A stretch of 64,000 nt of DNA from Candidatus Latescibacterota bacterium (GTDB lineage: Bacteria > Latescibacterota > UBA2968 > UBA8231): contig OZ241867.1 in the NCBI GenBank assembly GCA_965203175.1, forward strand, positions 416,001-480,000, written 5' to 3'. The position numbers were made by a program, and so were the translations under genes. Below the pieces are notes generated by a model. It was not told where the DNA came from and ran no database searches. It was given only the letters and a program-made list of their open reading frames with translations. Shown here piece by piece: positions 1 through 9,769 of this stretch (positions are counted from its first letter, which is position 1; the number at the start of each line of letters is the position of its first letter).

Positions 1-1300
1 TAATTTCAGCCTCAGCGCGGGACAGAACCCGGCCATTAAAGCGCATTTCGATCTCGTCCTCAATGCAGAAAAAGGAAAATCGCAGCGTCAAAATGGCTGG
101 TCGCATCTCGCCGTCGCCGCGGGCGCTCTCCACATCGTCGGCCACCCAAATGTCGAGCGCAATCGTCTCGCCCTCCAAGAGCTGTTCCGGCACTTGGCGC
201 TCCGGCGTAGAAGTCTCTTCCCCGATGACCCCCTCGCGCGGCTGTAACAAGTAGCGCTTGTCGCGCCGAGTGTGTACCTGCGGATAGGCGACCTCGCGCA
301 GGATCTGGTATTCGCGCTCGGCAAGGGGCCAAGGCATATAGCCCAAGTACATCCCAGCGTAGCCCTGCCAAGCGAGGGTCTGACTGAGGGCGCGGTACAT
401 CTCAATGCTCGGCAATCCCACCCGCTCGTCGTAGATCCGGCGCGGCGGCCGATAATACGCGGCAGCCCCCGCATTCTCGGCCACCTCGGCCATCCACGGT
501 GCCTGAATGCCTGGATCAACCAGCACGTTCGCGTCCTGACCGACGACCCAGTCGAGGCTGCCAGCCCTCAGCCACGCTTCCACGTCCAGCCCCACCGCGA
601 GGTTGTCTTCCTCGTGCAGGTGTACCCGCGCCATAAGCGGAATTTTGCGGCCCTGCCGCGCGCCGATTTCCTCGGCCAACGCCCGCACCTTGGCCACAAA
701 CTCGGTCATCAGCGGCGCGTTTTCCTGGATCACGTCCTTTTTGAAATAGAAGTTGTCAAAACAAAAATCCAGTTCTAACCCATCGGGCTGGTAGCCTTCC
801 AGCATTTCGCCGATGAGAGCCAGCTTGTACTCCTGCACGGCCTCTTGCGCGTAGTCGTAACACCACTCGGCCCGGCCCGCGTCGCCAATACACACCGCAG
901 CTCCGTGCTGTTCCTTAAGCCGCCCGAAGCGCTCACGCCCCGGACTGGTAGAGTCCTGAAGCTTGAGGCTGGGGAAGACCTTCAGCCCAGTCTCTCGACC
1001 GCGCTCAATGACGGCCCGTACCTGGTCGGTGCCCAGTTCCTTGGCTACCTCAACCATCCGCATGATCCGCCAGTCGATGTAGTTTTCCCACACCTCCTTT
1101 CCCTGCCCCACCACGCGGCCGATCTTGCTCTGGTGGAAGAAGACGTCGCTATAACCCAATCCCAAAACCAACAGATCCACGCCCGTACCCAACACCTCAT
1201 CTACTGGCCAGTTCAGGAGGTGGCTGCTGGCCGGTGGTTCGAGTCGCTTGGCGTGGAAGTGGTGTGCGTCGTTGTAGTGAATTAAACGGGGTCGGTCCAT
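1..1300 (-). CDS. Glycoside-hydrolase-like TIM-barrel protein (GHL10-like); C-terminus runs off the left edge
   Basis: Not in the ORF track because its stop lies outside the window. Manual translation from ATG at 1300 (RBS AGGAG upstream) gives MDRPRLIHYNDAHHFHAK...YDYAQEAVQEYKLALIGEMLEGYQPDGLELDF. The last motif resembles the GHL10/GH13-like 'DG(I/L)ELDF' strand. Frame appears open to position 1. Confidence 0.7.
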   Translation of the reverse strand, partial: MDRPRLIHYNDAHHFHAKRLEPPASSHLLNWPVDEVLGTGVDLLVLGLGYSDVFFHQSKIGRVVGQGKEVWENYIDWRIMRMVEVAKELGTDQVRAVIERGRETGLKVFPSLKLQDSTSPGRERFGRLKEQHGAAVCIGDAGRAEWCYDYAQEAVQEYKLALIGEMLEGYQPDGLELDFCFDNFYFKKDVIQENAPLMTEFVAKVRALAEEIGARQGRKIPLMARVHLHEEDNLAVGLDVEAWLRAGSLDWVVGQDANVLVDPGIQAPWMAEVAENAGAAAYYRPPRRIYDERVGLPSIEMYRALSQTLAWQGYAGMYLGYMPWPLAEREYQILREVAYPQVHTRRDKRYLLQPREGVIGEETSTPERQVPEQLLEGETIALDIWVADDVESARGDGEMRPAILTLRFSFFCIEDEIEMRFNGRVLSRAEAEI

Positions 1301-1333
1301 GGCTAAGCTCCTATTTCTCGGCGCAGTGGCCTC

Positions 1334-2458
1334 TTAGTCCTTCTTTTGGGACAAAACCTGATCCATGTATTTTTCGCGGCCGTAGATCGGCTTTTTGTTG
1401 TACATCCGCCCAGGGCGGGGCACCATGCGCAGGCTGCGGTCGGCCAGCGGTAGCGCCACGGGCGCACAGCCCTGCCGATGCGACTCGCGCACCGCGATGG
1501 CCATTTCGAGGACCTTGACGCCGTTCTCGCCGCTGCCGGGCGGGTCCTCGCCCCGCTCCAGCGCGTCGATAATAGCCTTGCAACTAGCCCTGTTGCGATC
1601 CCCAAGACAGCGCCAGCCCTCGGCGTCGTACCCGCGCTCTTCGCCGTAAACGCCGTAAATCGGCCCTTCCGGCAAGACGCCCTCGATCTTTTCCAACTTC
1701 TCCCAACTCGCCCCATCGCCTTCGACGTACCGGTACAAGCCTGCGAGATTGTCGTCTGAGTAGAAGACTCCCTCCTCACAGACCACCTCGTAGCCGCGGC
1801 CTCGCGCGTCCTTGTCCCGGTAGATAAACGACTCGATTCCATTGGCAAAGCGCACGTACCCAGCCCCGCCTTGGTCGTGTTCGCTCAGAGGATCGTCACT
1901 GACCCAGCCCGACACCCACGCCACCTCGTCGCAGCCAGCAAAGTGGCGCATCAGCGTAAAGCGCTGGCAGCCGCCACCCGACATCTCCGTGCCCGACCCG
2001 CCGAGCAACGCGATGCGCTTGACCGCCCCCAACTCGCCCGCACCAATGAACTCCAAGGCCTTTTGGTAGGCCGGCAGATTGACGTCCAAGTCCCCCGCGC
2101 CAAAGGGGATGCGCCGGTTCTTGCACTCGGCGACCATGCGGTCGGCCTCTTCGAGTGAGGCCGCGATCGGCTTTTCGCAGAGGATGGCCTTGACCCCAGC
2201 TTGCGCGCAGGCGATGACGACCTCCGGGTTGACGCCGACTGGCAAAATCGGCGCGGCAATGTCGAGCGCCTCTTTTTCTAGCATCTGGCGATAGTCGGCA
2301 TAACCAGGCACGCCCGTGCGCTTTTGAAACAGCGCCAAATTCTCCGGATCTCCATCGGCCACGGCCACCAACTCCGTGCGCTCGTCGAGCATATAGGCGC
2401 GCGCGTGCTGCGTGCCTTTGCGCCCAGCCCCGATCAACCCCACGCGATATTTAGCCAT
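1334..2458 (-). CDS. Gfo/Idh/MocA family oxidoreductase
   Basis: N-terminal Rossmann VGLIGAGRKG; CEKP motif; RBS AAGGAGG. Confidence 0.9.
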   Translation of the reverse strand: MAKYRVGLIGAGRKGTQHARAYMLDERTELVAVADGDPENLALFQKRTGVPGYADYRQMLEKEALDIAAPILPVGVNPEVVIACAQAGVKAILCEKPIAASLEEADRMVAECKNRRIPFGAGDLDVNLPAYQKALEFIGAGELGAVKRIALLGGSGTEMSGGGCQRFTLMRHFAGCDEVAWVSGWVSDDPLSEHDQGGAGYVRFANGIESFIYRDKDARGRGYEVVCEEGVFYSDDNLAGLYRYVEGDGASWEKLEKIEGVLPEGPIYGVYGEERGYDAEGWRCLGDRNRASCKAIIDALERGEDPPGSGENGVKVLEMAIAVRESHRQGCAPVALPLADRSLRMVPRPGRMYNKKPIYGREKYMDQVLSQKKD

Positions 2459-2489
2459 CTCGAAACCCTCCTTAGATATAGTCCACTTC

Positions 2490-3653
2490 TTAGCCGCTCC
2501 GGCCCGCCCGCGCCCACAACAGCCCTAGCACCACCGCCACCGCCACCAAAAAGGGCACCGCCAAGTGATTGAGCCTGTCCCAGCCCAGCATACCCTCCAA
2601 AGGTGCCGCCCCAAAACTGGTCAACACGATCAGGCCAAAGACCAGAAAGTCATTGCAGGATTGCACCCGCGCCTTTTCCTCGGGCCGGTGCGTCATCGCC
2701 AACAGCGACGTTGACCCTACGAAAAGAAAATTCCACCCCACGCCCAATAGCGCCAACCCGATCGTGTAGTAATAGAGCCCGATGCCGCTCAAATTGACCG
2801 CGATGGAACACCCCAGCAACGCGAGGCCGGCGAACATGATCCGGTGCTCGCCCCAACGCGAGATCAGGTGCCCAGTAAAAAAAGACGGCACGTACATGCC
2901 CAGCACATGCCACTGAATCACCCAAGCCGTATCGGCAAAGGAGTGCAAATGCCGCTTCATCGCCAGCGGCGTGGCATTCATCAACAGCGACATTAGCCCC
3001 CAAGCAGCCACCCCCCCAATCACCGCCAGTGCGAAATCCGCCTGCCGGGCGATCTCCCTGAGCGAACGCCCACCCGCCCGCTGCTCCTCGGCGCTAGGCA
3101 CGGGAAAGGAGACAAAGCAGAGCACCGGCAAAACCAGCGCATGAACCGCGGCAATCCCCAAAAAAGAGCCAGCGAATAGATAGTCGGGAAACCACTCCCG
3201 CGACCACGCCGCCAGATTGGAGCCCGAAATCGCGGCAATGACGCCCCCGGCCATCACCAGCGAAATAGCGCGACTGCGAAAATCCTCGGCGACCACCTCG
3301 CCAGCGGCAAAGCGATAATAAGTGGCAAAGCCATTGACCGCACCAATGCCCAACCCACCCAAGCAAAGCAGCGCGAAATTGCCCTGGTACACAGCTAGAC
3401 ACCCCACCGCGCCCCCGACGACGCCCAACGCAGCACCTATGGCAAAACCTATCTTGCGGCCCCGCCGCTGCATTAGCTGCGCTGCGGGCACCGTCATTAT
3501 CATCGTGGCCACCGGTGCCAGTGCCAGCGGCAGGGTCGCCAGCGCGGGATTCGGCGTCAACCGCTGGCCGATGAGCGCCATGCTCGAGAGCATGACGAGA
3601 CTAGCGGTGCGCGAGAGGGCCTCGCACAAAAAGAGCAGTGAAAGATTTTTCAC
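2490..3653 (-). CDS. MFS transporter
   Basis: About 12 hydrophobic segments; motif-A-like 'LMQRRGRK' and 'GHLISRWGEH'; YRFAA and IQWHVLGMYVPSFFTG typical of an uncharacterised MFS family. Confidence 0.88.
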   Translation of the reverse strand: MKNLSLLFLCEALSRTASLVMLSSMALIGQRLTPNPALATLPLALAPVATMIMTVPAAQLMQRRGRKIGFAIGAALGVVGGAVGCLAVYQGNFALLCLGGLGIGAVNGFATYYRFAAGEVVAEDFRSRAISLVMAGGVIAAISGSNLAAWSREWFPDYLFAGSFLGIAAVHALVLPVLCFVSFPVPSAEEQRAGGRSLREIARQADFALAVIGGVAAWGLMSLLMNATPLAMKRHLHSFADTAWVIQWHVLGMYVPSFFTGHLISRWGEHRIMFAGLALLGCSIAVNLSGIGLYYYTIGLALLGVGWNFLFVGSTSLLAMTHRPEEKARVQSCNDFLVFGLIVLTSFGAAPLEGMLGWDRLNHLAVPFLVAVAVVLGLLWARAGRSG

Positions 3654-3683
3654 GCTAACTAGGCCGGTCGGCCTCGTCGCTGG

Positions 3684-4742
3684 TTATTTTTCCCGCTGCG
3701 TCCGCACCGCCGCAGCCAACTCTTCCAACACCCCCACCGTATCCTTCCACCCAATACAGGCATCCGTAATGCTCTGCCCATAAACCAATTCACTACCCGC
3801 CTGCTGTTTCTGATTGCCCTCGATTAGGTGGCTTTCCAGCATCACCCCAAAAACATCCTGCGCTCCCTCCGCCACCTGTGCGGCAATCGCGCGTGCAACA
3901 GCCGGCTGGCGCTTGTGATCCTTGGCGCTGTTGCCGTGGCTGCAATCGATCATCACGCGATGCGGCAAACCCACCTCCTTGAGCTGGGCCGCAGCCGCGC
4001 CAACGCTGGCGTGATCGTAGTTAGTACCGTCGCTGCCACCGCGCAAAATCAGATGACAACTCGCATTGCCCGAAGTCCCGACAATCGCCGCAATGCCCTG
4101 CTTGGTCACCGAGAGAAAGTGATGCGGGTGCCGGGCAGCGCCGATGGCGTCGAGGGCAATCTGCACATTGCCCGCGGTCCCATTCTTGAAGCCAACCGGC
4201 ATCGACAGACCCGAAGCCAATTCGCGGTGAACCTGACTTTCCGTGGTGCGAGCACCAATGGCCCCCCAAGCAATCAAGTCGGCGATAAACTGCGGCGTGA
4301 TGGTATCGAGGAATTCGGAACCAGTCGGCAAGCCCATATCCCCCAACTGCACCAGCAAGCCGCGCGCGGCGCGCAAACCGCTGTTGATATCGAAGCTGTC
4401 GTCCAAGTGCGGATCGTTGATCAATCCTTTCCAGCCGACGGTCGTGCGCGGCTTCTCAAAATACACGCGCATCACCACGTACAACTCGTCGCTTAGGGCC
4501 GCGGCCTTTCCCTTGAGCCGGTCCGCGTATTCAAGCGCGGCTTGGGGGTCGTGGATCGAACACGGGCCGACGACCACCACTAGCCGGTCGTCCTCTCCGG
4601 CCAGTATGGCGTCCAATGCGCGCCGAGCTGCGGCCACGGTATGGGAAGCCTCTTCCGAAATAGGCAATTCTTCCATCAGAATCGCCGGTGGGATCAAGGG
4701 TTTGAGTTGGTCAATGCGCAGATCGTCAGTTGATTCGAACAA
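3684..4742 (-). CDS. aroG: 3-deoxy-7-phosphoheptulonate (DAHP) synthase, class I-alpha
   Basis: Motifs GPCSIHD, RVYFEKPRTTVGWKGLIND, IGARTTESQVHRE, DCSHGNS, YGQSITDAC; TTG start with AAGGAG RBS. Which isozyme (aroF/G/H) it corresponds to cannot be resolved. Confidence 0.95.
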   Translation of the reverse strand: MFESTDDLRIDQLKPLIPPAILMEELPISEEASHTVAAARRALDAILAGEDDRLVVVVGPCSIHDPQAALEYADRLKGKAAALSDELYVVMRVYFEKPRTTVGWKGLINDPHLDDSFDINSGLRAARGLLVQLGDMGLPTGSEFLDTITPQFIADLIAWGAIGARTTESQVHRELASGLSMPVGFKNGTAGNVQIALDAIGAARHPHHFLSVTKQGIAAIVGTSGNASCHLILRGGSDGTNYDHASVGAAAAQLKEVGLPHRVMIDCSHGNSAKDHKRQPAVARAIAAQVAEGAQDVFGVMLESHLIEGNQKQQAGSELVYGQSITDACIGWKDTVGVLEELAAAVRTQREK

Positions 4743-4794
4743 GTCTTTCTACTCCTTTAGTAGCGGTTGTAAATTCTCATCGTCTAAACACTAT

Positions 4795-6021
4795 TCACTC
4801 GCCTCCCGGCACCCAACCCAAGGCCGCAAAATTCTTGCCGGTGAGACTCCGCATAAAGCGCATCCGCTCGCGAGCTTCCTCTAGCTCCTCGCGCAAATCC
4901 TCCGGCCGATGCGCCCGGCCCTGGCGCACGGTCAATACCGGCTCAATTTTGCGATCGCCCTGCTCGCGCCGGCCGCGCACATCCTGGAACTCAAACGTCC
5001 CCTCCAACACTTCAAACGCCGCCAGATCCGCCACCGTACCCTCCCGCAGAGTACCCAACTCCTCGCCGCGCCCGATAGCGTCGGCCGCCGCAGCCGTACT
5101 CTGTTGTACGACGCGTTCAAGCGGCACGCCCAAGTTGAGCAATTTCGACGCAGTCTCCGGCATACTCTCGATCGGACTGTCCCAACTATGCGCGTGTAAA
5201 TCCGTGCTAATCACATCGGCGACAAAGCCGTCGGCCAACGCTTGTATTGCGATCCCGTAGTCGAAACTGCCGCCGCCGTGCCCCACGTCGAAGAGCACGC
5301 CCCGCTCTCGCGCTTCCCACACCTGCGGCACCACCGTCCCCGCATCGTCCACCACGCAGTCTCCCGTGCCCTGATAACAATGGGTCACCACATCGCCGGG
5401 CCGCAGCAGGGCGAGTATCTCCACAATCGGCACCCCCCGGGCGATGTGTACCATCACCGGCACCCCCGCCCATTCGCCCGCCTGCACCGCCAACTGCAAG
5501 GGCTTGGTCCCATTCTCGCCAACTTGGAAACCGCCCTGCCGCACCTTAATGCCGACGCAGTGCTCCTGCCAGTGGTGGGCCACAAACGCCGTGCGCTCTG
5601 GATCGCCGTACTGCAAATCGACCATCTCCCCCACCGGCCCACAGGTCAGGCCAATCGCCGAAATATGCACGTACGCCAAAACTTGGGTCCGCGCTGGCTC
5701 GACGACGTAATCGACAAATCCCTGGAAGTTGGCCCACCCCGCGCTTCCAGCATCGACGATCGTCGTCACGCCCGTGGCTAAGCACAGTACATCGCCGCGA
5801 ATGCCCCAAGTCGTGCATCCCGCGTAGAGGTGCGCGTGGATATCGATCCACCCCGGCGTCAGAATCTTACCGGACAGGTCAATCGTCTCCGCCGCCGGAG
5901 CCGTTATTTCCTCGGCCACTTCGGCAATCTTCTCCCCGACTATCCCAATGTCGCGAATCCCATCCACGCCCTGCGCTGGGTCCATCACTCGCGCCCCTTT
6001 TAACAACAGATCGTAGGACAT
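4795..6021 (-). CDS. Amidohydrolase/deacetylase family metallohydrolase (dihydroorotase-like)
   Basis: PGWIDIHAH metal motif, GVTTIVDAGSAG, DVGHGGGSF, ISTDLH. Confidence 0.88.
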   Translation of the reverse strand: MSYDLLLKGARVMDPAQGVDGIRDIGIVGEKIAEVAEEITAPAAETIDLSGKILTPGWIDIHAHLYAGCTTWGIRGDVLCLATGVTTIVDAGSAGWANFQGFVDYVVEPARTQVLAYVHISAIGLTCGPVGEMVDLQYGDPERTAFVAHHWQEHCVGIKVRQGGFQVGENGTKPLQLAVQAGEWAGVPVMVHIARGVPIVEILALLRPGDVVTHCYQGTGDCVVDDAGTVVPQVWEARERGVLFDVGHGGGSFDYGIAIQALADGFVADVISTDLHAHSWDSPIESMPETASKLLNLGVPLERVVQQSTAAAADAIGRGEELGTLREGTVADLAAFEVLEGTFEFQDVRGRREQGDRKIEPVLTVRQGRAHRPEDLREELEEARERMRFMRSLTGKNFAALGWVPGGE

Positions 6022-6125
6022 TTCCCTTACTCCATTATCCTATTACAAGCCTCTGCGGCTTCTTGACACGCCTAAGCCTAAGCCCGTATATAATTCGCTT
6101 TTTTTACTTCAACCAGAGAGCCATC

Positions 6126-7127
6126 ATGGGAAACACTCCACCTGCCGAAGGCATCCGCATCCCAGCCCCTGTCCTGCGCCAACTCACCGCCGACCTCTTC
6201 CAAGAAGCCGGCACCAACTCGGCGGACGCCCAGTTCCTCGCCGACCTCTTGACTGCCACTGACCTGCGCGGCGTCCACAGCCACGGCACCTGGCAGATCC
6301 ACGGGTACGCGCATATGATGCTCGAAGGCCGCGTCAATCCCCGCCCTAATATAAAGGTGACCAGTTCAACCACCACTGCCCGCGTCTATGACGGCGATGG
6401 CGGCATGGGTCACTTTCCCTGCCATCAGGCCATGACTTGGGTAGCTGAGACGGCCGCGGAGTACGGCACAGCCGCAGCGACCACCCGCAATCACTTTCAC
6501 TTCGGCAGCGCCGGCAAGTACTCGCGGATCGCCGCCGCGACTGGCTGCGTGGGGATCGCCGTCTCCTCGCACCGCTACGACCTGCCGCCGGAATCGATAA
6601 TCAAAGGCGTCAACGCCACGTCGCCGATCAGCATCGCCTTTCCCAATGGAGAGCAACCGCCCCTCGTGCTCGACATGGGCGCGCACATGCTGCCCTGGGG
6701 CGAGGAACTCTTCGCGCAGATCCCCTTCGCCTTCTTCAAGGAACTGGGCATCGGCGCAGTAAACCGGGCGCTGGGCGGCGTGCTGGCCGGGATTTACCTG
6801 CCGCAATTTATCCCACCGACATCACCGTGGGAATCCAATCAAGGATCCTTCCTCGCGGCCTTTGACGTGCGCGCGTTTATGCCTTTAGAGGAATTCCAAG
6901 CGCATATGGACGACTTCGTCGCCGCCGCCCGCAACATGCAGCCCTTCCCCGGCCAGGACCGCGCCGAACTGCCCGGCAATCTGGAGTGGCAACGGGAGCG
7001 CGAATACGCCCGCGACGGCGTGCCCATCAGCCCCCAACACCAGCAGCACCTTCAGGAACTAGCCGACGAGCTGGGAGTGACCACTCCTTTCGCCGACTAC
7101 GAACACACCCGCTTTACCGCCCAATAA
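6126..7127 (+). CDS. Ldh_2 family (malate/L-lactate/sulfolactate/ureidoglycolate-type) oxidoreductase
   Basis: DLRGVHSHG, DGDGGMGH, NHFHFG, LVLDM motifs; ATG at 6126 chosen over the TTG at 6063. Confidence 0.88.
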   Translation: MGNTPPAEGIRIPAPVLRQLTADLFQEAGTNSADAQFLADLLTATDLRGVHSHGTWQIHGYAHMMLEGRVNPRPNIKVTSSTTTARVYDGDGGMGHFPCHQAMTWVAETAAEYGTAAATTRNHFHFGSAGKYSRIAAATGCVGIAVSSHRYDLPPESIIKGVNATSPISIAFPNGEQPPLVLDMGAHMLPWGEELFAQIPFAFFKELGIGAVNRALGGVLAGIYLPQFIPPTSPWESNQGSFLAAFDVRAFMPLEEFQAHMDDFVAAARNMQPFPGQDRAELPGNLEWQREREYARDGVPISPQHQQHLQELADELGVTTPFADYEHTRFTAQ

Positions 7128-7140
7128 AAAAGAGGAAGAG

Positions 7141-8139
7141 ATGACCCAATCCCGCATCCTGTCCAGCGTCGAGATCGAGTTTCAAGGCCAAAGCCAAGCC
7201 CGCGAGCTTATTGAACGCGCCGGTTTCGCCATTGAGGTCCGGCACCCCCAACCCGGCTGGCCCGACGAGGAAACGCGCGCTAAGCTGGACGGCTTCGACG
7301 CCCTACTGGCCGGCGGCGAAAACCTCAACGCCGCCACCATGGACCAAGCGGCCAACCTCAAGATCATCGCCCGCAACGGCGTCGGCTTCGACAAGGTCGA
7401 CCTCGATTACTGCACCCAGCGCGGCATCGTCGTCACCAATACCCCCGGTGCCATGGCCGACGCAGTGGCCGACCTGACCTTCGCCCTACTCCTCGGAATG
7501 GTGCGCTCGCTCAAGTTAGGCGACCATCGGGTCAAAACGGCAGACGCCTACGACGTTCCGGTCGGCGAAGACCTCTGCGCCATGACCTTGGGGCTGGTCG
7601 GCTGTGGCCGCATCGGCGCCGAAGTCGTGCGCCGCGCCCGCGGCTTCAAGATGCGAGTCCTCGTCCACGACCCCTGGATCGACGACGCGCAAATCCGCGC
7701 CCTCGGTGCCGAGCCTGCCGACCGCGCCGCCCTTTTGTCCCAAGCCGACGCCGTTACCTTGCATCTGCCGCTGACCGAGGACAACCACCACCTCGTCAAT
7801 GCCGAGTTCCTCGGCCTTATGAAAGAGGGAGCCTACCTGATTAACACCGCCCGCGGCGGCTTAGTTGACGAAGCCGCCCTGATCGCCGCGCTCGACAGCG
7901 GCCACTTAGGCGGCGCGGGCCTCGACTGCCAAGCCACCGAGCCGCCGCAAGGCCAGTCCCTCGAACTGGTCCGCCGCGACAAGGTGCTGGCCCTGCCCCA
8001 CACCGGCTCTAGAACCCTAACCGCCCGCAAACGCATGGCCTTCGTCGCCGCGCAGAGCATCGTCGCGCTATTGCAGGGCAAAGTCCCCGATCACGTGGTC
8101 AATAAGGAAGTACTGGATAGGTTGGATTTGGCGGGGTAG
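7141..8139 (+). CDS. D-isomer-specific 2-hydroxyacid dehydrogenase (phosphoglycerate dehydrogenase-like)
   Basis: IIARNGVGFDKVD, GLVGCGRIG, LINTARGGLVDE, PHTG motifs; RBS GAGG. Confidence 0.92.
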   Translation: MTQSRILSSVEIEFQGQSQARELIERAGFAIEVRHPQPGWPDEETRAKLDGFDALLAGGENLNAATMDQAANLKIIARNGVGFDKVDLDYCTQRGIVVTNTPGAMADAVADLTFALLLGMVRSLKLGDHRVKTADAYDVPVGEDLCAMTLGLVGCGRIGAEVVRRARGFKMRVLVHDPWIDDAQIRALGAEPADRAALLSQADAVTLHLPLTEDNHHLVNAEFLGLMKEGAYLINTARGGLVDEAALIAALDSGHLGGAGLDCQATEPPQGQSLELVRRDKVLALPHTGSRTLTARKRMAFVAAQSIVALLQGKVPDHVVNKEVLDRLDLAG

Positions 8140-8198
8140 TGGGCTGACGTAATCTTCTAACCCAGTGTCACAGTGAACTAGAAAAGGATGAAAAAAAG

Positions 8199-8483
8199 AT
8201 GATCTGCTCAACCCTAGATCAATATCTGGACGAAGACCGTGTACCAGCAAAGGAAATCCATGATAAAGTCAGAGAACGCCACGGTGAGTACTATCTAAGC
8301 ACCGGTTATTACCTCCGTCTGTATCGCCAGCGTGCGGAACTGACTCAAGCGACTCTTGCCAAGCGGAGCGGCATCCGTCAACATCATCTATCTGAAATGG
8401 AAAACAATAAACGGGTGTTAGGAAAAGTGAATGCCAAGAAACTAGCGGAGATACTAGACTGTGATTATCGGAAACTGCTATAG
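8199..8483 (+). CDS. XRE-family helix-turn-helix protein (antitoxin/regulator-like)
   Basis: LRLYRQRAELTQATLAKRSGIRQHHLSEMENNKR is a canonical HTH_3 pattern; AT-richer than flanks. Confidence 0.85.
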   Translation: MICSTLDQYLDEDRVPAKEIHDKVRERHGEYYLSTGYYLRLYRQRAELTQATLAKRSGIRQHHLSEMENNKRVLGKVNAKKLAEILDCDYRKLL

Positions 8484-8498
8484 CGTCGAGTCGAAATA

Positions 8499-9758
8499 TC
8501 ACTCGCCGGCCGCGTAAATCGTCAGCAGCAGTTCCGCATCGTCGAGCAACCGGTATTCCGGTTCCTTGCCGGACAGTCTTTCGCTGTTGCTCAAGATAAT
8601 GGGCACTCCCTCGCCGCGTTTGTCCATCAGGGTCCGGCGCTCTGTGGTCAGCCAAGGCGCGTCGGGCACCGCACACTTGGTCAGCAAGCTGCAAACTGCC
8701 TCATTCCGCGCTGACTGGCGAAATGCCAAGCTCTCGATGGTGATGGTATTCGGGAGTGTCCCTGGCGAATACAACTCTAGTCGGTTCCCAAATAGACGTA
8801 GCCTGATCTTGGAGCCGTATATCGAATAGTCTCGATGCGAGACTGCATTGACGACCGCCTCAAACACCGCCGTCAGGTCGAATTGTGGCACATCTCGCCG
8901 GCCTTGGTCTTTGAAGGCCGCGGTCTTCATGTTTCTGGCAACGAACCGGCAAGCTTCCTCAACCTGACTGTCGAGTGGACCCGCGATGTCGGCCGCGTCG
9001 AGCTGGTACCCGCCGGGCGCGTCTGACTGGATTTGGTCGCCGCGGTAAGCAACGGCCTGGATGTAGGCATTGGGGAGCCAACGACGAGGATCAGCCGAGG
9101 CCATCAACACACCGGCAACCGTCGGTCTGATCGTGCCATCGTCATCCGCACTCGCGATGCCCAGCTTGCGGAGCAATACTTCGCGGTCATCGTCTGAGCG
9201 CGGCGTGCGAAATCGCTCCCAGAGATCTGGCGATAAATCATCCAACCCGGCCATTGATACGGGTTGTTCGTCGAAACGAATAAGGCGCGTCTGGCTGCGC
9301 TGCTGAAACAGTCGGGCGAGGTATTCGGACGACATCGGCCGCTTTGCATTCGCCGTGCGGTGTAGGAACCCACCGGGGCTTCTATGCACGAATAGACTGC
9401 GCGGAACCTCCACCTTGATAACGGCCAACTCCTCCCCAGTGCTTGTGGGCAACCACAAGCGATCGAGGACAACGCTCTCAATAGGCGGGTCAATGGAGTC
9501 TATGCACACCTCTCGAACGAAATCCACCACCGCATCAAGGCGGTCCGTGGGGATGCCGACGACTTCGTGGGTCTGATCCTCAACCCCAAGGACGAACACT
9601 CCCCCGCGGCTATTTGCAAAGGCGGCGAATCCATCGGCGAGCGAATTCCGGTTAGGACCTTTGATCTTTCCACCGGCAAAACGCACCTCCTTGAATTCGA
9701 GGAACGTACTCTCACCCAGCCGAATTTTGTCGAGGAGTTCTTGCGGATTATCAAACAT
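8499..9758 (-). CDS. Schlafen/AlbA_2 domain + HATPase_c_4 (RecG C-terminal-like) protein
   Basis: N-terminal GESTFLEFKE and AFANSRGG..VLGV (AlbA_2); C-terminal EAVVNAVSHRDY, LELYSPG, RN, G.GV (HATPase_c_4). Confidence 0.88.
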   Translation of the reverse strand: MFDNPQELLDKIRLGESTFLEFKEVRFAGGKIKGPNRNSLADGFAAFANSRGGVFVLGVEDQTHEVVGIPTDRLDAVVDFVREVCIDSIDPPIESVVLDRLWLPTSTGEELAVIKVEVPRSLFVHRSPGGFLHRTANAKRPMSSEYLARLFQQRSQTRLIRFDEQPVSMAGLDDLSPDLWERFRTPRSDDDREVLLRKLGIASADDDGTIRPTVAGVLMASADPRRWLPNAYIQAVAYRGDQIQSDAPGGYQLDAADIAGPLDSQVEEACRFVARNMKTAAFKDQGRRDVPQFDLTAVFEAVVNAVSHRDYSIYGSKIRLRLFGNRLELYSPGTLPNTITIESLAFRQSARNEAVCSLLTKCAVPDAPWLTTERRTLMDKRGEGVPIILSNSERLSGKEPEYRLLDDAELLLTIYAAGE

Positions 9759-9769
9759 GATTTATGCCG

